Shown piece by piece: positions 37,903-50,456 of a DNA stretch of 64,000 nucleotides. The stretch lies in the NCBI GenBank assembly GCA_028534125.1, contig CM052838.1:7316001-7380000 (forward strand), given 5' to 3'. The notes under the pieces were generated by a model. The model had not been told where the DNA came from. It saw nothing but the letters and a program-made list of their open reading frames with translations, and searched no databases. The translations under genes were made by a program, and so were the position numbers. Position 1 is the first letter of the stretch, and the number at the start of each line of letters is the position of its first letter. The DNA comes from Lama glama. Its lineage: Eukaryota.

Positions 37903-40214
37903 GTAAGTTCCTTCTTCTCTGTCTTCCTCCCTCACTCGGTCGTGCCACCCAAAACCTGCCCATCGGCTTGCTTAGCTCCATGTGCTGGACCGTAAGCCTA
38001 AGCTGCTGGCCACTTTCCTTCCGATTCGCAGCAGGAAAGGAGCCAGTTGGAGGGCCGGGTGCTCCGTGTGCCTTGCAACCTTCTTGCTTGCAAACCATCC
38101 TAGACAAGCCTTCATTAAAGCGCCTTTCATTTCAAGCATTTTCAGCAAGCATTCTCTAAAGCGTGTGCCGGTCGGGGACCCATGTGACAGGAGTGACGGG
38201 CTCACCCCGTCTCTCCAGGCAGCGAGCGGAGCCCTGCCGCCTGAGCTCTCCGCGTAGGCTGTATCTGAAAGCCAAAGGTCGTTCCGCATCCACACGAACG
38301 TGCAGCCCTGGGGGGACCTTTGTCTGGACCGTGTGTACAATGCCAAGGCGGGCCAGACCCACTCGGGCTGAGTTCAAACTGGAGGGACCGTTTCACCCCC
38401 TTCACACCCCAGACGAAGGGAGAATGAAGTGATATCCCTTGAAATCCCTCTGGTTATTCCATCGGAGTCCGGGTCAGTTCCATGAAAACCAAGTCAAATT
38501 TAGCTAGTCAAGTTTCATAACAGTTGTATGAAACACGATAAATGCACTGTCAGATTTCACCCTGAGTGAAAGGAACAGGTGACGTTCAGCCTTGAGGGTC
38601 CTGGCGGCTCCTGCTTGTCACCCTCTGGTGGCCAGGAGCTGCTACTGCCCCATCGCTGCACCCTCAGACCACGGAGGCCGGCCGCGAAGCTGAGTCCCTC
38701 TGATGGGCAGCCTCATTAGAGGGAACCGTGCTGGCATCCAGCAAGGTGCAGACTCCAGGCCCTCTACTGTGTCCTTTGCTCACTGGCCTGGGAACAATGC
38801 CATCCCCTTAATGGTGGCTTCGCACCCACCTGGTTACTCAAACAGCAGTGGGGACATGAGTCAACCTCCGAAGCGTATTTTTAGCTTGCAGTAGGGGGAA
38901 AATTTGTTTTGAAGCTTAGTGTTAATTTTGGAATAAGATCTCAGCTCACTGTCCTACCACCCAGAAAAGCTTTGAGCAAATAACCCGTCTAATATATCCC
39001 CGCAAGAAATGAGCTGCGTCCAGCAGCTATCTGCCCAGCAGCCTGCCTGCCTGGACGCTGAAGACTTGCATGTTCCGGGGCCCCTGGTGGCTTCATTTTG
39101 ATGCAGAGAGCCAGGAGAATTCATGGTGCTTTGGGGGCATGATTCTGATGTCCAAAGCAAATTCCTAATCACACCCTGTCTTCCAAATGGGAAGAGACGC
39201 TTCGAGGTTAATTCTGCATCTAAGCAGAAGCAAATGAAGTTGTTGAGGATAAGAAAAGGTGTGACAATACTGAGGCCTCTCAGACTCACAGAGAACAGCG
39301 CAGCTCTCCCAGAGCTTTTCCTTGTCGCTATTCGTGGGTAAGAGGGTCTCCTCCTAACATCCCTGAGCCGTGATTCAGTCTAGCCATCCTGGCTACCTGA
39401 CCAGCGTGGTCTGCGCTAACCATTCTAGACTGAACCAAGTGTCTTGTTGAAGCCTTCAGCGCTAGACCAGCACGGAAACGAAGGTCCAAGGAGCCGGTGT
39501 TGGTGGTGGAATTTCGTAACGTGTAAGCCTCGCGCAGCTGTGGGTCCTTCTGATAATCATCGCTTCTCTTAGAAGTAAGTGACCTGTCATCTAAGACGGT
39601 CCCACTCCAAGTCAAGGAGGAGCACCTGCTTCTCATCTGCAAGAGTTCACAGAGCTAGCAATGCCTGTAAGGCGCCAGCATCTGGCCAGAGTGACTGAAA
39701 GGTCCCCCTTGGTAAACAGATGGAGATTTGAGCCCAAGATAAGATCTAACTAGCACACGGGTTCTCTCAGGCATCTCTCAGACTCCTGGGTTAGCGAGCA
39801 CCTTCCACAGGGTAGTTTCCGGAAACTGAAAGGGCTTGACAACTGTTCTGCATCCCGGAGGGCTGAGCAGACCAGCCTGCGAGTCACACAGACACAGAGA
39901 ACGTGATGGAGGCTCAGCACTACGTTTGTGAAACAGATGACACTGAGGCCCCCATGTCATTAAGGCAGTGACTCCAATCACAAGGACTGTGGTTCCTGGG
40001 AAACACCAATGGGTCCACGTCATGTGGACAGACCAGAAAGAAGCAAATGTTTACCTTCGAATGTGCCAGAGAGATCACGGCCACTTAGGGCATCAGAGGC
40101 AGCTGTTTGAGAGGCGCTCAGGCTGGCCCCCGTGTCACCCTTTGACGCCGAGCTTAGATGTGCTTTTTATATGTTTCCTGGATCTCCGGGCTCAGGGATT
40201 ATAAAGCAACAGGG

Positions 40215-40410
40215 AGGTGCTCTAGCCTAGAGTCAAGTGACAAAGATTTGGATCCACTCTCATAAGCTGTTGGCCCTTGAGCAAGTTCCTTAACATCTCT
40301 GAGCCTTAATTATCTCATTTTAAAACAGAATGTTGGTATTCATCTTATTGAACAGTTGTGAGAATAAAATAAGGTGATGCCTGCCTGGCACATAAAACCC
40401 CATAAATGTT
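40215..40410 (+). mobile_element. MIR SINE
   Basis: CCTTGAGCAAGTTCCTTAACATCTCTGAGCCTTAATT.TCTCATTT.TAAAA. Confidence 0.75.
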
Positions 40411-42989
40411 CTCTTTTCTTGGTGTCATTAATTTCATATTCTTTCTCAATTCGAGGGGTTTGGTGGATCAGCCCAAATCTGTTGACAGTGTCAGCAGCTG
40501 ACAGATGTTTAGGGAGGCCGTTCTGTGCAGCAGAAGCAGCAGTAGACTGAGAGCAAGCCAAATTTGAGGTGGGGGAGGGATGGCCCTTCCTAAGCCAAAG
40601 CCCGCCCAGTTGGGGTCAGCAGTGGATAAAGAAAGGACTGGCTGGCCACGCCACCCCCAGCCCACGTCCCAGAGGAGACAAGACGGAGGACAGGCTTCTC
40701 AGCTGGTCAGAACCACCCGCTACAACTAGGACGCTCCAACCTAGAGGGACGGGCGAGGGAGCGAGAAGGCAGAGCTGGGAGAGCATCCTAGTTGTCCTCA
40801 AACCCCAGCAGCATGTGCCTGGGGAGCCCGAACTTTTTCTGAGAGCAGTGCCCACCTCAGCTGGATTCCAGCTGGCGTTTTCAGTCACTGCACGCTTGCA
40901 GCCTTTCAGAGGGGGCCATCCCTGACCAGGCCCAAGCAGGGCCTGGCGCTTCTCTAGGGAGTGGTGGTCACCTGACCATTGAACCGTGACTCCAACTTCT
41001 GTTCGGGAGGCCGTCCCCTTGCCCCTGGGGCGGGCACAGAGCATGGGGTGGGGTGCGGGAGGGCAAGGGCGCTCACAGCCCAGCCCCCTTTCCAGCCTCG
41101 GAAATCAGAGGGATGAACAAGAAGATCTCAAAATACCTCCAGACTCTTAGTGTTGAAGAGAGCCGTCCAGGAGTCGAGAGGGAACGTGTTGGGAGAAGGA
41201 TGTCAAAACGTTAGCCTGTTCTTTCCCTTTCTTAAACTGCCCCAAATTGCACAAATCTCAACTGCCTCGCAAGTGGGGCTCTGCTGAGCAGAGGACGGGC
41301 AGCCGTCACACACTGGAGCAGGAGCAGGACGGTGCTGGTCAGACGTCACTGAGGGCTGCGTCCGCCTGCCTCCTTCCCTGGTGCCCCTTCCCTCCCGGCC
41401 TGACGTCTGATGGGAGCAGTGTGCCTTGGTGCCCCAGCGCCCATGCTCTTGTTCCTCTCTCTTCAGCTGATTTTCCCCAGCCAGAGTAGAGAGGCGGCTC
41501 TCATCCCTCTTGGTCTCAGGCCCCTGTGACTGGGTGCTCAAGTCCTCGTTCAGTGGGATAAGCTTGGGGGGTGGTGCATAGACAGGAACGTGTGAGAAAG
41601 GAGGGAGGGCCGCGGGGAGGTAGGGACGGTCACTTGTCCTGATTCCATCTGGGACGCGGCGTTCTTCCCGGGGGAAGCCCAGATGGAGATGAGGGCCACG
41701 GGAGGCCGCAGCTCCGGTCTGTCTTCTTGGACGGTTCATCTTAGTGCAGGAAACAGGCAGGGAGACATTTCCAAATGTAAACCAAGAAAGCCAGACACGG
41801 CACGCTGTAAAATGGAAATGCGCACCTGCTTTTTAAAGAGAGGACTGGCATCTTCAAAGGCATTTCAGGCTCGGGGAAGGGCTCTGAGCTCTGCTCCCTA
41901 GACCTGTAGGGAATGTTTCCACCCTGATTGCTGGTAGGGGTGTCAGAAATGGGGTGAGCCACCAGCTTCCTCTCCAGCATGCTGGTCAGGCCCCAGGCTC
42001 AGGGCTGGGGGTCCCAGCTGGGCCACTGATGCCCGGAGAGTGTGCCCCATAGCCCGGGCTCTCAATCCTGTGACCTGTGGCTGGGAGCCCCAAGAGGACA
42101 AGACCTGGACGCATGAACGGGGGTGGGTGTCACTGTCCCCCAGTGCCACCTGTCAGAATGAACCCACTTGCCTGGGCTTCTCAAATGTTGGCCGGAAGGC
42201 CGGCGACCACCCACACACTCTGTTTCTCGCCCTTTCCCTCAGCTCTCCTGCACAGCACCGCTCAGGTGGAAGCTTTTAGCTGTTTTATTATTTAATCAAT
42301 AGAGAAGAGAGGAGAAGAGGTCAGAAATCTGCCTTATAAAACCTTCAGGAAAAAATAACCACCCTGTTCTCCTTCACTTCCCCAAACATCATCTTCCAGG
42401 TTGGAAAGACTCACGTATCTTTGGAGATGCGACACGTCGTCCGATTCGTAGCTGTTTCTTCCCCTCTCCCTCCCCTCCCTTCTTTTTCTCATCAGTCCTC
42501 TTTACCGGGCTGCCAAGCCGGGCAGAACTGTTCCACGCGGCATCTTTGCATGGTGCGTCCTCTGGAGCAGAAACCACACCCCTTTCCGCCTGCCTTTTCA
42601 CCTGCCTTTTGCTCTCCCGGAGGCGAAAGTTGCTTCCTGCCTTGCTACCTCCGTTTCTTTCTCTTAATGAGTGGTACGCAGTGTACGTAGCTGCGGGTAT
42701 GAAGTATGTGCTTTGTGTGATGCAGAATGAGGCAGCTGGACGGAGCTGGGCCTGGCGCTTCTCTGGGGAGTGGTGGTCACCTGCTCTCTCGGGGCCTCTG
42801 GGGTAGGGAGACAGGTCGTTATATGCGGACACTGCAACTCGAACTGCCGAGATGCAACCGAATCACCTTCACTAACCTAAACGTGGTGTGTCTTGACTGG
42901 GCAGGGAACTCAGATCTCAGAGTAGGTTGCAGGTGGCTTACTTTGTGAATTGTACTTTCCCATTTGTGTACATGAACATGGACTTTGCA

Positions 42990-43185
42990 AGTGGACAGAC
43001 CTGAAATGTGTGTCCCTGCTCTGCCACACCCCGGCTCTGTGAGTTTGGGCCTCTCTGATCCTGTTTGCATGTCTATAAAATGAAATGAATGATGCTATCT
43101 ATCTACCTGTTTTGATGATTAAATGAGAAAATACACAGCAAACCCTTATCCCATGACCGCTCAGTAAACGCCAGCTACTTGATAT
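42990..43185 (+). mobile_element. MIR SINE
   Basis: CTCTGCCAC...CTGTGAGTTTGGGC..CTCTCTG...TCTATAAAATG...GATTAAATGAGA. Confidence 0.7.
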
Positions 43186-44108
43186 TGTTAGAGATGGTGG
43201 AGGTCAATTCTGAATAATCCACTGAGAGGACTAAAACTCCCAGTAAATCCAGTGGCCGAAACTTGTGTCGCACATGTTTGTTCCTTCCTCCCCGTGTTCT
43301 GGCTGCGGCAGCCTCTGCTCTCGCCCACCCAGCGACGTTCATGTAGCACCACGACCAGCTCAGGTTAGAACTGGGGCTTATTCTTGCTACTGATGCATTT
43401 CTCCTTTGGGAAATGTTATCCGAAGTTAGTTTATCCCTCGTGCACTCCGACAGTTGACTTTATGCAGGGGAAGGTGTGCATCTCTCCGGAGTGTCCGTGC
43501 CGCCTGAGAAGTCTGCATGTGGACGGGAACAGGATTAAGGGGGGCCGTGGGGGTTGGGCCTGGCGGCGGCCAAGAAAAGGATCTGCCCCTCCATCCAGGG
43601 TTGGGACACTGGAGCCCCGGCTGGGGTGACACACGCTCTCCCAGAAGATGCTCCTGCCGCATCTTCTACTGTAAAACGGAGGCCAAGATCGGTGGTCGTC
43701 ACCACGCCCTCTCTGTTGAGATGTGAAGTACATAGAAGGAGGCCACGTGAGCATTCGGAAGGCTGGGAAGGAACTAAGAGGTGGTTTCCAGGTATTGACC
43801 ATGAGGCCCTGTCACGACCAAATCGCCTGTCGTTGGGATTCTGAGCATCGCCTCTCAAGCTCCCAGGACTCACGGTGGCTGGCTGGGCACACCCTTGCTG
43901 CCAGCCGTTTCAGGGTCTTTGGCCATTCCGGGCTGTGCTGAGGGCCCCCTTCAAGCAGATGTTAGACGGGAGAGCAGCCTTTGCTTGGTCTCCAAAGAAG
44001 GGCTGAAAAGGAGCACCTCCGCCTGCTCCCATTAGGGCCCTCTCGTCAGCCCTCAGGGTCCCTCCGATTCCCGCCGCTGCCCTGACCACCATGTCTTCCT
44101 TCCTCCAG

Positions 44109-44234
44109 ATCGTGGCCGCCATCCTTGCCATCGCTGGCATCGTGATGATGACCTACGCGGACGGCTTCCACAGCCACTCCGTCATCGGCATAGCCCTGGT
44201 GGTGGGCTCCGCATCCATGTCTGCCCTGTACAAG
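44109..44234 (+). CDS. SLC35F3: SLC35F3 coding exon (exon 5 equivalent), 126 nt
   Basis: Pyrimidine tract + CAG acceptor; IVAAILAIAGIVMMTYADGFHSHSVIGIALVVGSASMSALYK (two hydrophobic helices); donor AAG|GTAGGC; phase 0-0. Confidence 0.96.
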
Positions 44235-44520
44235 GTAGGCCCCCAGGCCCTCCGGGGGGGTGGCCGCAGGCCTCGGCACGGCCAGCCCGTTGCCCCAGGG
44301 GTCTCTGATGGTGCCTGTGCGTTAAGACAAGCAGTCGTTTTCAAGGTGTGCTGGGCACACCGAGCCGCGGTGCTGAGACACGCAGCAGCTCTGGGCTCTT
44401 GCCCTTTGGATCTTTCCATTGGTGGCCGCACATTTGCGGCATTTGAGATAAAACAGGTGAACAGTGGATCGGCCGAGTCGGATTGGTGACTCCGTGGTTC
44501 AGCAAAGACTGGAGAAGGAT

Positions 44521-44808
44521 CAGGGGCCCTAACTGGCAGGCTCAGTGTCTGGTCAGATAATTTCCCACCTGAAAATTTGAAAACCTGCTACAGCTCTGTC
44601 ACTGAAATCTTTTATCACATGGTATTTGCAGCCACCAGGACCCAGCATGAATCTATATGCATTTCAAGCCTTGCCCATAGGCTGGATAAATAAAAGCATA
44701 ACTGTTATAATGTGGAAATTATAAAATATCTTTGACAAAATGTTGGAGACTGTTGGAAGGCATGTGCCAATGGTAGGTCTAGATGAAACCATGTTTATCT
44801 GACCCCTA
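44521..44808. mobile_element. Possible hAT MITE
   Basis: AT-rich island bounded by CAGGGG ... CCCCTA; family not identified. Confidence 0.3.
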
Positions 44809-46227
44809 TCCCTCACTGTCTTCCCAGCCCCATCCTGCTTCCTGGCCCCTCTCCCCTCATTCCCCACCTCATTGGATCCATAGTAAAGAATGCAAATATT
44901 TTCTGGTCTCCAGGTTGGGAAATTGAGCTGAAGGATTCAATGAGAAATGAGATTTTAGCTTTGAGACATATTGGCTCTTTGTGGATCCAAACAGTAGGAC
45001 AGAGAAAATCAAAGACTGTAGGAAGTTCTAAGAAAAGGAATTTTTTCCAGCACTGTGAGGACACACTGGATGCTTCTGGAAAGTGACATATCTGTGCCTT
45101 CTTCCCCTGTGTCAGCTCCTGGCCCTCACTGACCACCCCCCCACCGAGACACATAGATCATCTTCCTTCTCTGGAACACATCTCCCTGAGGATGTGAGAG
45201 TCTAGCACCATTCTGGGACTTCAAAGCCACTGTCCAAATACAGAGAATATTAAAAAGCTGCACTCTGCTGTCCTCGGTTAACTGCGTGCTCACAGGAAGC
45301 GGAGAGTGTAGAAACGCAGTCCTGATGAACACAAATATCCGACTTAGACCCCCATTTCCATCTCCTCCCCTGCCTGACCTTTATCCAGAGAGGCCGGAAG
45401 ACTGAAAGCAATTTACCGTATTTCCCTTTCCATGCTTCCTGCACATATGCCCGGAAATACCCGAGAGAGATGTGAGAGGCTGGAAAAGGAAGAAGGAGGA
45501 GAGTAGGAGGGACCACATTGCAGAGACGCAGGTTGGATCCTCAGTTCCCTAACCGTGACCAGTTCAGTAAACACGTGGGCTGGGCTGGGGCCTCTGCCTC
45601 TGCGAAGTCAGCTTCCCAGCCACTCCAGGCACACATGTCCCTCTCCCACTTCTCATACATCTGAAATATGTATAAACAAGAACAGGGGTGAGAAATCCAA
45701 GTTGGGTGTGTTCCCTCCAAACCCGTGTCCCTTCTGGAATGGGGGTGGGGGGATGGAGCGGGGATGAGCTGAGTGCTATAATCCTGCCTCCTTTGAGGCA
45801 ACGTCTTTGCAGCCAAAGCCCTTTCTCTTGGGGGCACTGGTTTTCAAACTGTGTTGTTCAAGGTCAGAAGTCACTTGTAGGGGTCCCTGAGAGGAGTGTG
45901 TGATCATGGCAGTTACTTCTAATTTATGTGGCTTCCTCATCTTCGGTGCTCTGAAGCTGGGATACAGTGTCATAAATACAGCACAGAGAATCACATCTAG
46001 TGTGAAAACCCAGGATTCCTGAAGATGCTTTCTGTACTCAGAGTAACCCTCCAGCATGATGTTACTGAGATTAGGTTAAATCCCACCGCCCTTCACGGAA
46101 AGCCACGCAAAGTAGAGTTTACCTGTCACGTGGTTGTCTGTCCTGTGGTCCAGCTGCAGCCTTCAGGGCGCTCGCTCCAGGAGGCAAGCTGGAGGCATGA
46201 CACCTCGTCCTCCGCTCTCCCCCGCAG

Positions 46228-46420
46228 GTCCTGTTCAAGCTCCTCCTGGGCAGTGCCAAGTTTGGAGAAGCCGCCTTATTTCTGTCTGTGCTGGGGGTAT
46301 TTAACGTCCTCTTCATCACCTGTATTCCTGTCATCCTATACTTTACCAAAGTGGAATACTGGAGCTCTTTCGACGCCATTCCATGGGGAAACCTTTGCGG
46401 ATTTTCAGTCCTCTTATTGA
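46228..46420 (+). CDS. SLC35F3: SLC35F3 coding exon (exon 6 equivalent), 193 nt
   Basis: Acceptor CCCCCGCAG; VLFKLLLGSAKFGEAALFLSVLGVFNVLFITCIPVILYFTKVEYWSSFDAIPWGNLCGFSVLLL; donor A|GTAAGT; phase 0-1. Confidence 0.96.
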
Positions 46421-47248
46421 GTAAGTGGTGAGCACCCTGTTGGGATTCCCAGAAAGTGATGATGGAGCAGGATCTGTGCAGCTCAGGAGAGTCTTTGGAA
46501 ACCCGTGCCCTGAAGGAGGAAAAACAGTCCACGTTATCCTTCAGTTCCTGGTGGTTTTCAAGGTCACTGGTCCTGCAAAGGCAAGCCTTGGTGATGACGA
46601 CATTGGGTTTAATTCCAGGACCACAGTCACTGCAGCAGGAGCCGTGGTCATTGCTGCCCCGTAGCCCAGTGAGCTGTGTGTTTTCTGCTGACAATAGTAC
46701 ATTCCTTATAGGGCTGGTAAGAAGCTGGCGAACTAATACAGGCAGTGCTCTTAGAACATTGCCTGATAAATGCCGATGTTCAGCAAATATTATCAGTTGT
46801 CACTGTTATCATCATTACTTGGTCATTGTCACCATCATCACCAGAAGAGCAACCAAGGAAGTGCCTCACCCCATTTCCGTTTAAAAATGCGTATCCCAAA
46901 GCTCCTGTTCGTAGTCATCTCAGAATTGCTGCCAGCAACAGGGAAGGGCACAGGTAGTAGGACGCGCCAGTCCTCTTTCCCGGTGCCTTCTCACTGGCTA
47001 CCTTTGTCAGATTTCTCTTCCCTTGTTCAAGCTCAGGGAAGAGAGGAGATCTGAGTAGTCAGGACATTTGTCCCTAATCGCCCAGTCCCAGAGCCCTTCC
47101 AGGAACCCCAAGTTCACTGATTGAGAGCGAAGGGCAAGATGCTTATGACTCCAGCCTTGTCAGGGAAGCTGGGGTCAGACAGACCAGGTAGGATGGGAAG
47201 TCCGGCGCCAGTCGTGAGTAACTCCTACTTCTTTATTCTTTATTTCAG

Positions 47249-47338
47249 CATTCAATATTGTATTAAATTTTGGAATTGCTGTTACATATCCCACTCTGAT
47301 GTCTCTTGGAATCGTCCTCAGTGTACCTGTGAATGCAG
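47249..47338 (+). CDS. SLC35F3: SLC35F3 coding exon (exon 7 equivalent), 90 nt
   Basis: Acceptor TTTATTTCAG; (T)FNIVLNFGIAVTYPTLMSLGIVLSVPVNA; donor CAG|GTAAGC; phase 1-1. Confidence 0.96.
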
Positions 47339-49578
47339 GTAAGCCTACGTGGCTTTCTGTATCTGCTTGTAAACACACACACAGACAGGCACACATACAC
47401 ACACAAACCCACACTCACAGACACGCACATGTGTACACATGCCTGTGTTCTCGCTGTGCATGTCTAACCTTCCGTATAGAAAGAAAGCACTTAGGCAAAA
47501 TACTGATGTCTGTTACACCTGCAGTGTTTTCTCCAGAGTGGACTGGTTTTCACTTCCCACACCAAGATACAGAAAGTCTAAAGCCATCTTGATCTGATCT
47601 GGTGTGAGGGTCAGAGATAAGTGTCATTCATATTATCGGTAAGTATGGACAAATATGTAGCAGAAGAAAAACTGCACTTTTCGTGAGTGACTTTCCAGAT
47701 GAGCAAGTGCGGTGGACATGACACAGAGGCGTGTCCACAAGCTGCAGAAGCGCAGGCGTGTCCCCCGCCTCCCAGAAGAGAGCCCTTTCTCAGCTGCGCG
47801 AGGCTGTGCTTTGTTTTTCCCTGGCGACTCTCCAACACATGCGGTGGGCAGCTCTTCCAAAGCTGGTCGTCACCTCCGTCTCTCACCTGCCCCTTTCCTG
47901 GCTCCCTCGGATATGAGTTTTGGATTTTCTTCCCAGAATCGCCCCCCACCCCACCCCTGAGCTCCCTGTGGAATCTGTGTGTAAATCAGTTCTCCCCAGA
48001 ACGCACCTCTCCGTGGCCCTGGCACAGCTCCCTCCAAAGCCGCCTCCCAACCCACCCACCTCCGGGCCACCAGAGGCCTAGCTCACCCCAGGGAACGGCA
48101 GGCCCTCATCCTGTTCAGTCTGCTGTTATTATGCCCAGAAGCGTTGGCTAAGCAGCTCTCAACTTCCTAAACCCCTTCCTGGGACTTGGCTTCTCTGTTT
48201 CATCCCACACGTTCTGTATATATGCCTCACCTTGGCCCAGACGCTTGGGGTCCAGCACCACCGCTGCCCGCTGGAGGACGGCGGTCCCCACTCAGGGCTT
48301 CTCTGGGCCTTCCCTGTCCCCCGGAAGTGAGAGCATGAGAGCATCCGTGTGTCATCACCTTGGTTGATGTGAAATGATCCGAGGCAGCACTTCAAAACAC
48401 ACAGAGCCCCTCGCTCCAGGACAGCTCGTAAAAAGTGGTCCACACACCACCCGCTTCTGAAAATAACTCACCCACTTGCCCCAACGACGTCTCAGTGCGT
48501 CTTTACGCCGCACAGGGTTCTTGCTTCAGGGAGGCCTACTCCGGGGGCCCCTGTGCAGAAGCCACTCTGACCCTATGGTGTGACAGTGTGTGAGAGATTA
48601 CTCAGCGTCCCTTCTTCCTACTTCTCTGCCATGTAAGAGATTCGCTAATGCAGCAAAGGAAGGAACTGCATTCAGTTCTGCACAGGAGAGAAGCTGGGGG
48701 GTCGGCTGTGACCGGACCTGTCAGAACAGAGCCGTTGCTCCCTCTCTGACTTTCCCTGACGCCCGTCCCTAGTGGAGTTCACGTGATTTGCTAATTGACT
48801 GTCCCATCTGTGAATTAACAGACTGTCCTGCCAATATTAAAAATTAAAGTATTTCTGAATTACGGTGAGATAAAAGAGGCACTTTAATTCCACAAAAAGG
48901 CTACCAAAACAAAGTGCTTTTATTTCAGGTCTAACTTGTCCCTCTCTGGCCACCCTGAAGACCGAGGTGAGAGGCAGGCTGGGAGGGAAGAAGAGGGGCA
49001 GGAGGAAGTGGAGGAACAGGAGGCGGGGTGACAGGGCCAAGCTACAGACTGGGTGGAGGAGCAGCCCCCTCCCCAACTCGGGGAGCTGGGGGAGCTGTCC
49101 AGCACGTCAGCTTTCAAAAGCTGCACACTTGAGTCAGAAGACCCTCTTTCACAAAATGACATAAAACAAAAGCAATCTGGTTCTCTCTTGCGGGGAAGCA
49201 GGCTCCAAATTTGCTTTGTCTAGTCTAGTTAAGAAAAGAAAGAAAGACAGCGAAAAAGAAAAGAAAAGAAAACCAACATTTGAAATGCTTTTGATCTTTA
49301 GCTTGAAGAGAATGATGATCTGGATTTTTACTAACTGACACGAATCCTGTTCTCATTCTGTTCCCTCACCTGATGGGAGTCAGGGATGAGCCCTTGGGCC
49401 TTTAATAAACTTAACCAGTCGGTGATGATGTGGATGGCTTCAGAGCCTCACACTAATAATAAACCGGGATGGAACAAAAATTTGTATTGATCATCTTCAA
49501 AGAACCAGGTCAGGTTTGATTTTCAAAACATACATATATCTCCATTCATTTTCAGATTCTTTTCCCTGATAGGTTTTA

Positions 49579-49675
49579 CGTGTGTGTGTGTGTGTGTGTG
49601 TGTAACTGAATCACTCTGCTGTACACCTGAAACTAACACAACTCTGTAAATCAACTATATTTCAATTTTTAAAAA
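49579..49675 (+). mobile_element. (GT)n + terminal ~75 nt of an artiodactyl L1
   Basis: TAACTGAATCACTCTGCTGTACACCTGAAACTAACACAAC, matching the end of the copy at ~20846-20905. Confidence 0.8.
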
Positions 49676-50220
49676 GACTCCAATATATATATACGTGTGT
49701 GTATTTATTTATATGTTTATATACAAATAAAATGATGCTTTTAAATTATAAAAATAAAACATGTCACTGTATAAAATATGAACAGTACCAAGAATATAGA
49801 GAAAGCAACAGCATATTTTTTCATCATGGAAAAATTGCCTTTGCTCTTGCTTTTTAATTTGCCACCTTTTTTGTTGTTGTTGTTGTCCTTTACTGTCTCC
49901 ATGATGGATTTTGCCGCTCCAGAGGGGGCCACAGTGAACTTGGACACGTACACACACATCTCCAGCCGTCCCTCATGTCTCATTTTGTCTCTCACCCAAA
50001 TCTACGTGGAAACTAAGGTGCCAGGTCAGTTGGGGAAAGTGAAGTACAGCAAAGCTCACACCAGACAAGAGTTACAAAGTTCAGGGAGATTTACTGGAGG
50101 CAGCCCCTGCCGGCCTGGCCAAGAGAGGACAGCTGCCCCCAGGAAGGGGCGCACAGGATCTCTGCCGTGCCTGCCGGCCTGCCTCCCCCAGTGACCCAGT
50201 TCTCCTCTCGTCCCCTGCAG

Positions 50221-50456
50221 TGGTCGATCACTACACCAGTAAGATCGTCTTCAACGAGGTCCGGGTCATCGCCATCATCATCATCGGCCTGGGCTTCCTG
50301 CTCCTGCTCCTGCCCGAGGAGTGGGACGTCTGGTTGATCAAGCTGCTCACTCGCCTCAAAGTGAGGAGGAAGGAGGAGGTGGCGGAGGGCGGCGCAGACC
50401 TGGGCTTGGGACCGCAGAGCAAGAGCAGACGCGCCCGCCCCTCCTTCGCCCGCTGA
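50221..50456 (+). CDS. SLC35F3: SLC35F3 last coding exon to TGA stop
   Basis: Acceptor TCCCCTGCAG; (V)VDHYTSKIVFNEVRVIAIIIIGLGFLLLLLPEEWDVWLIKLLTRLKVRRKEEVAEGGADLGLGPQSKSRRARPSFAR*. The C-terminus RRARPSFAR fits SLC35F3 as I recall it, rather than SLC35F4. Confidence 0.96.

Noticed and set aside
49912-49935. CTCF-like CTCCAGAGGGGGCC
   Set aside because: Poor register with the core consensus.
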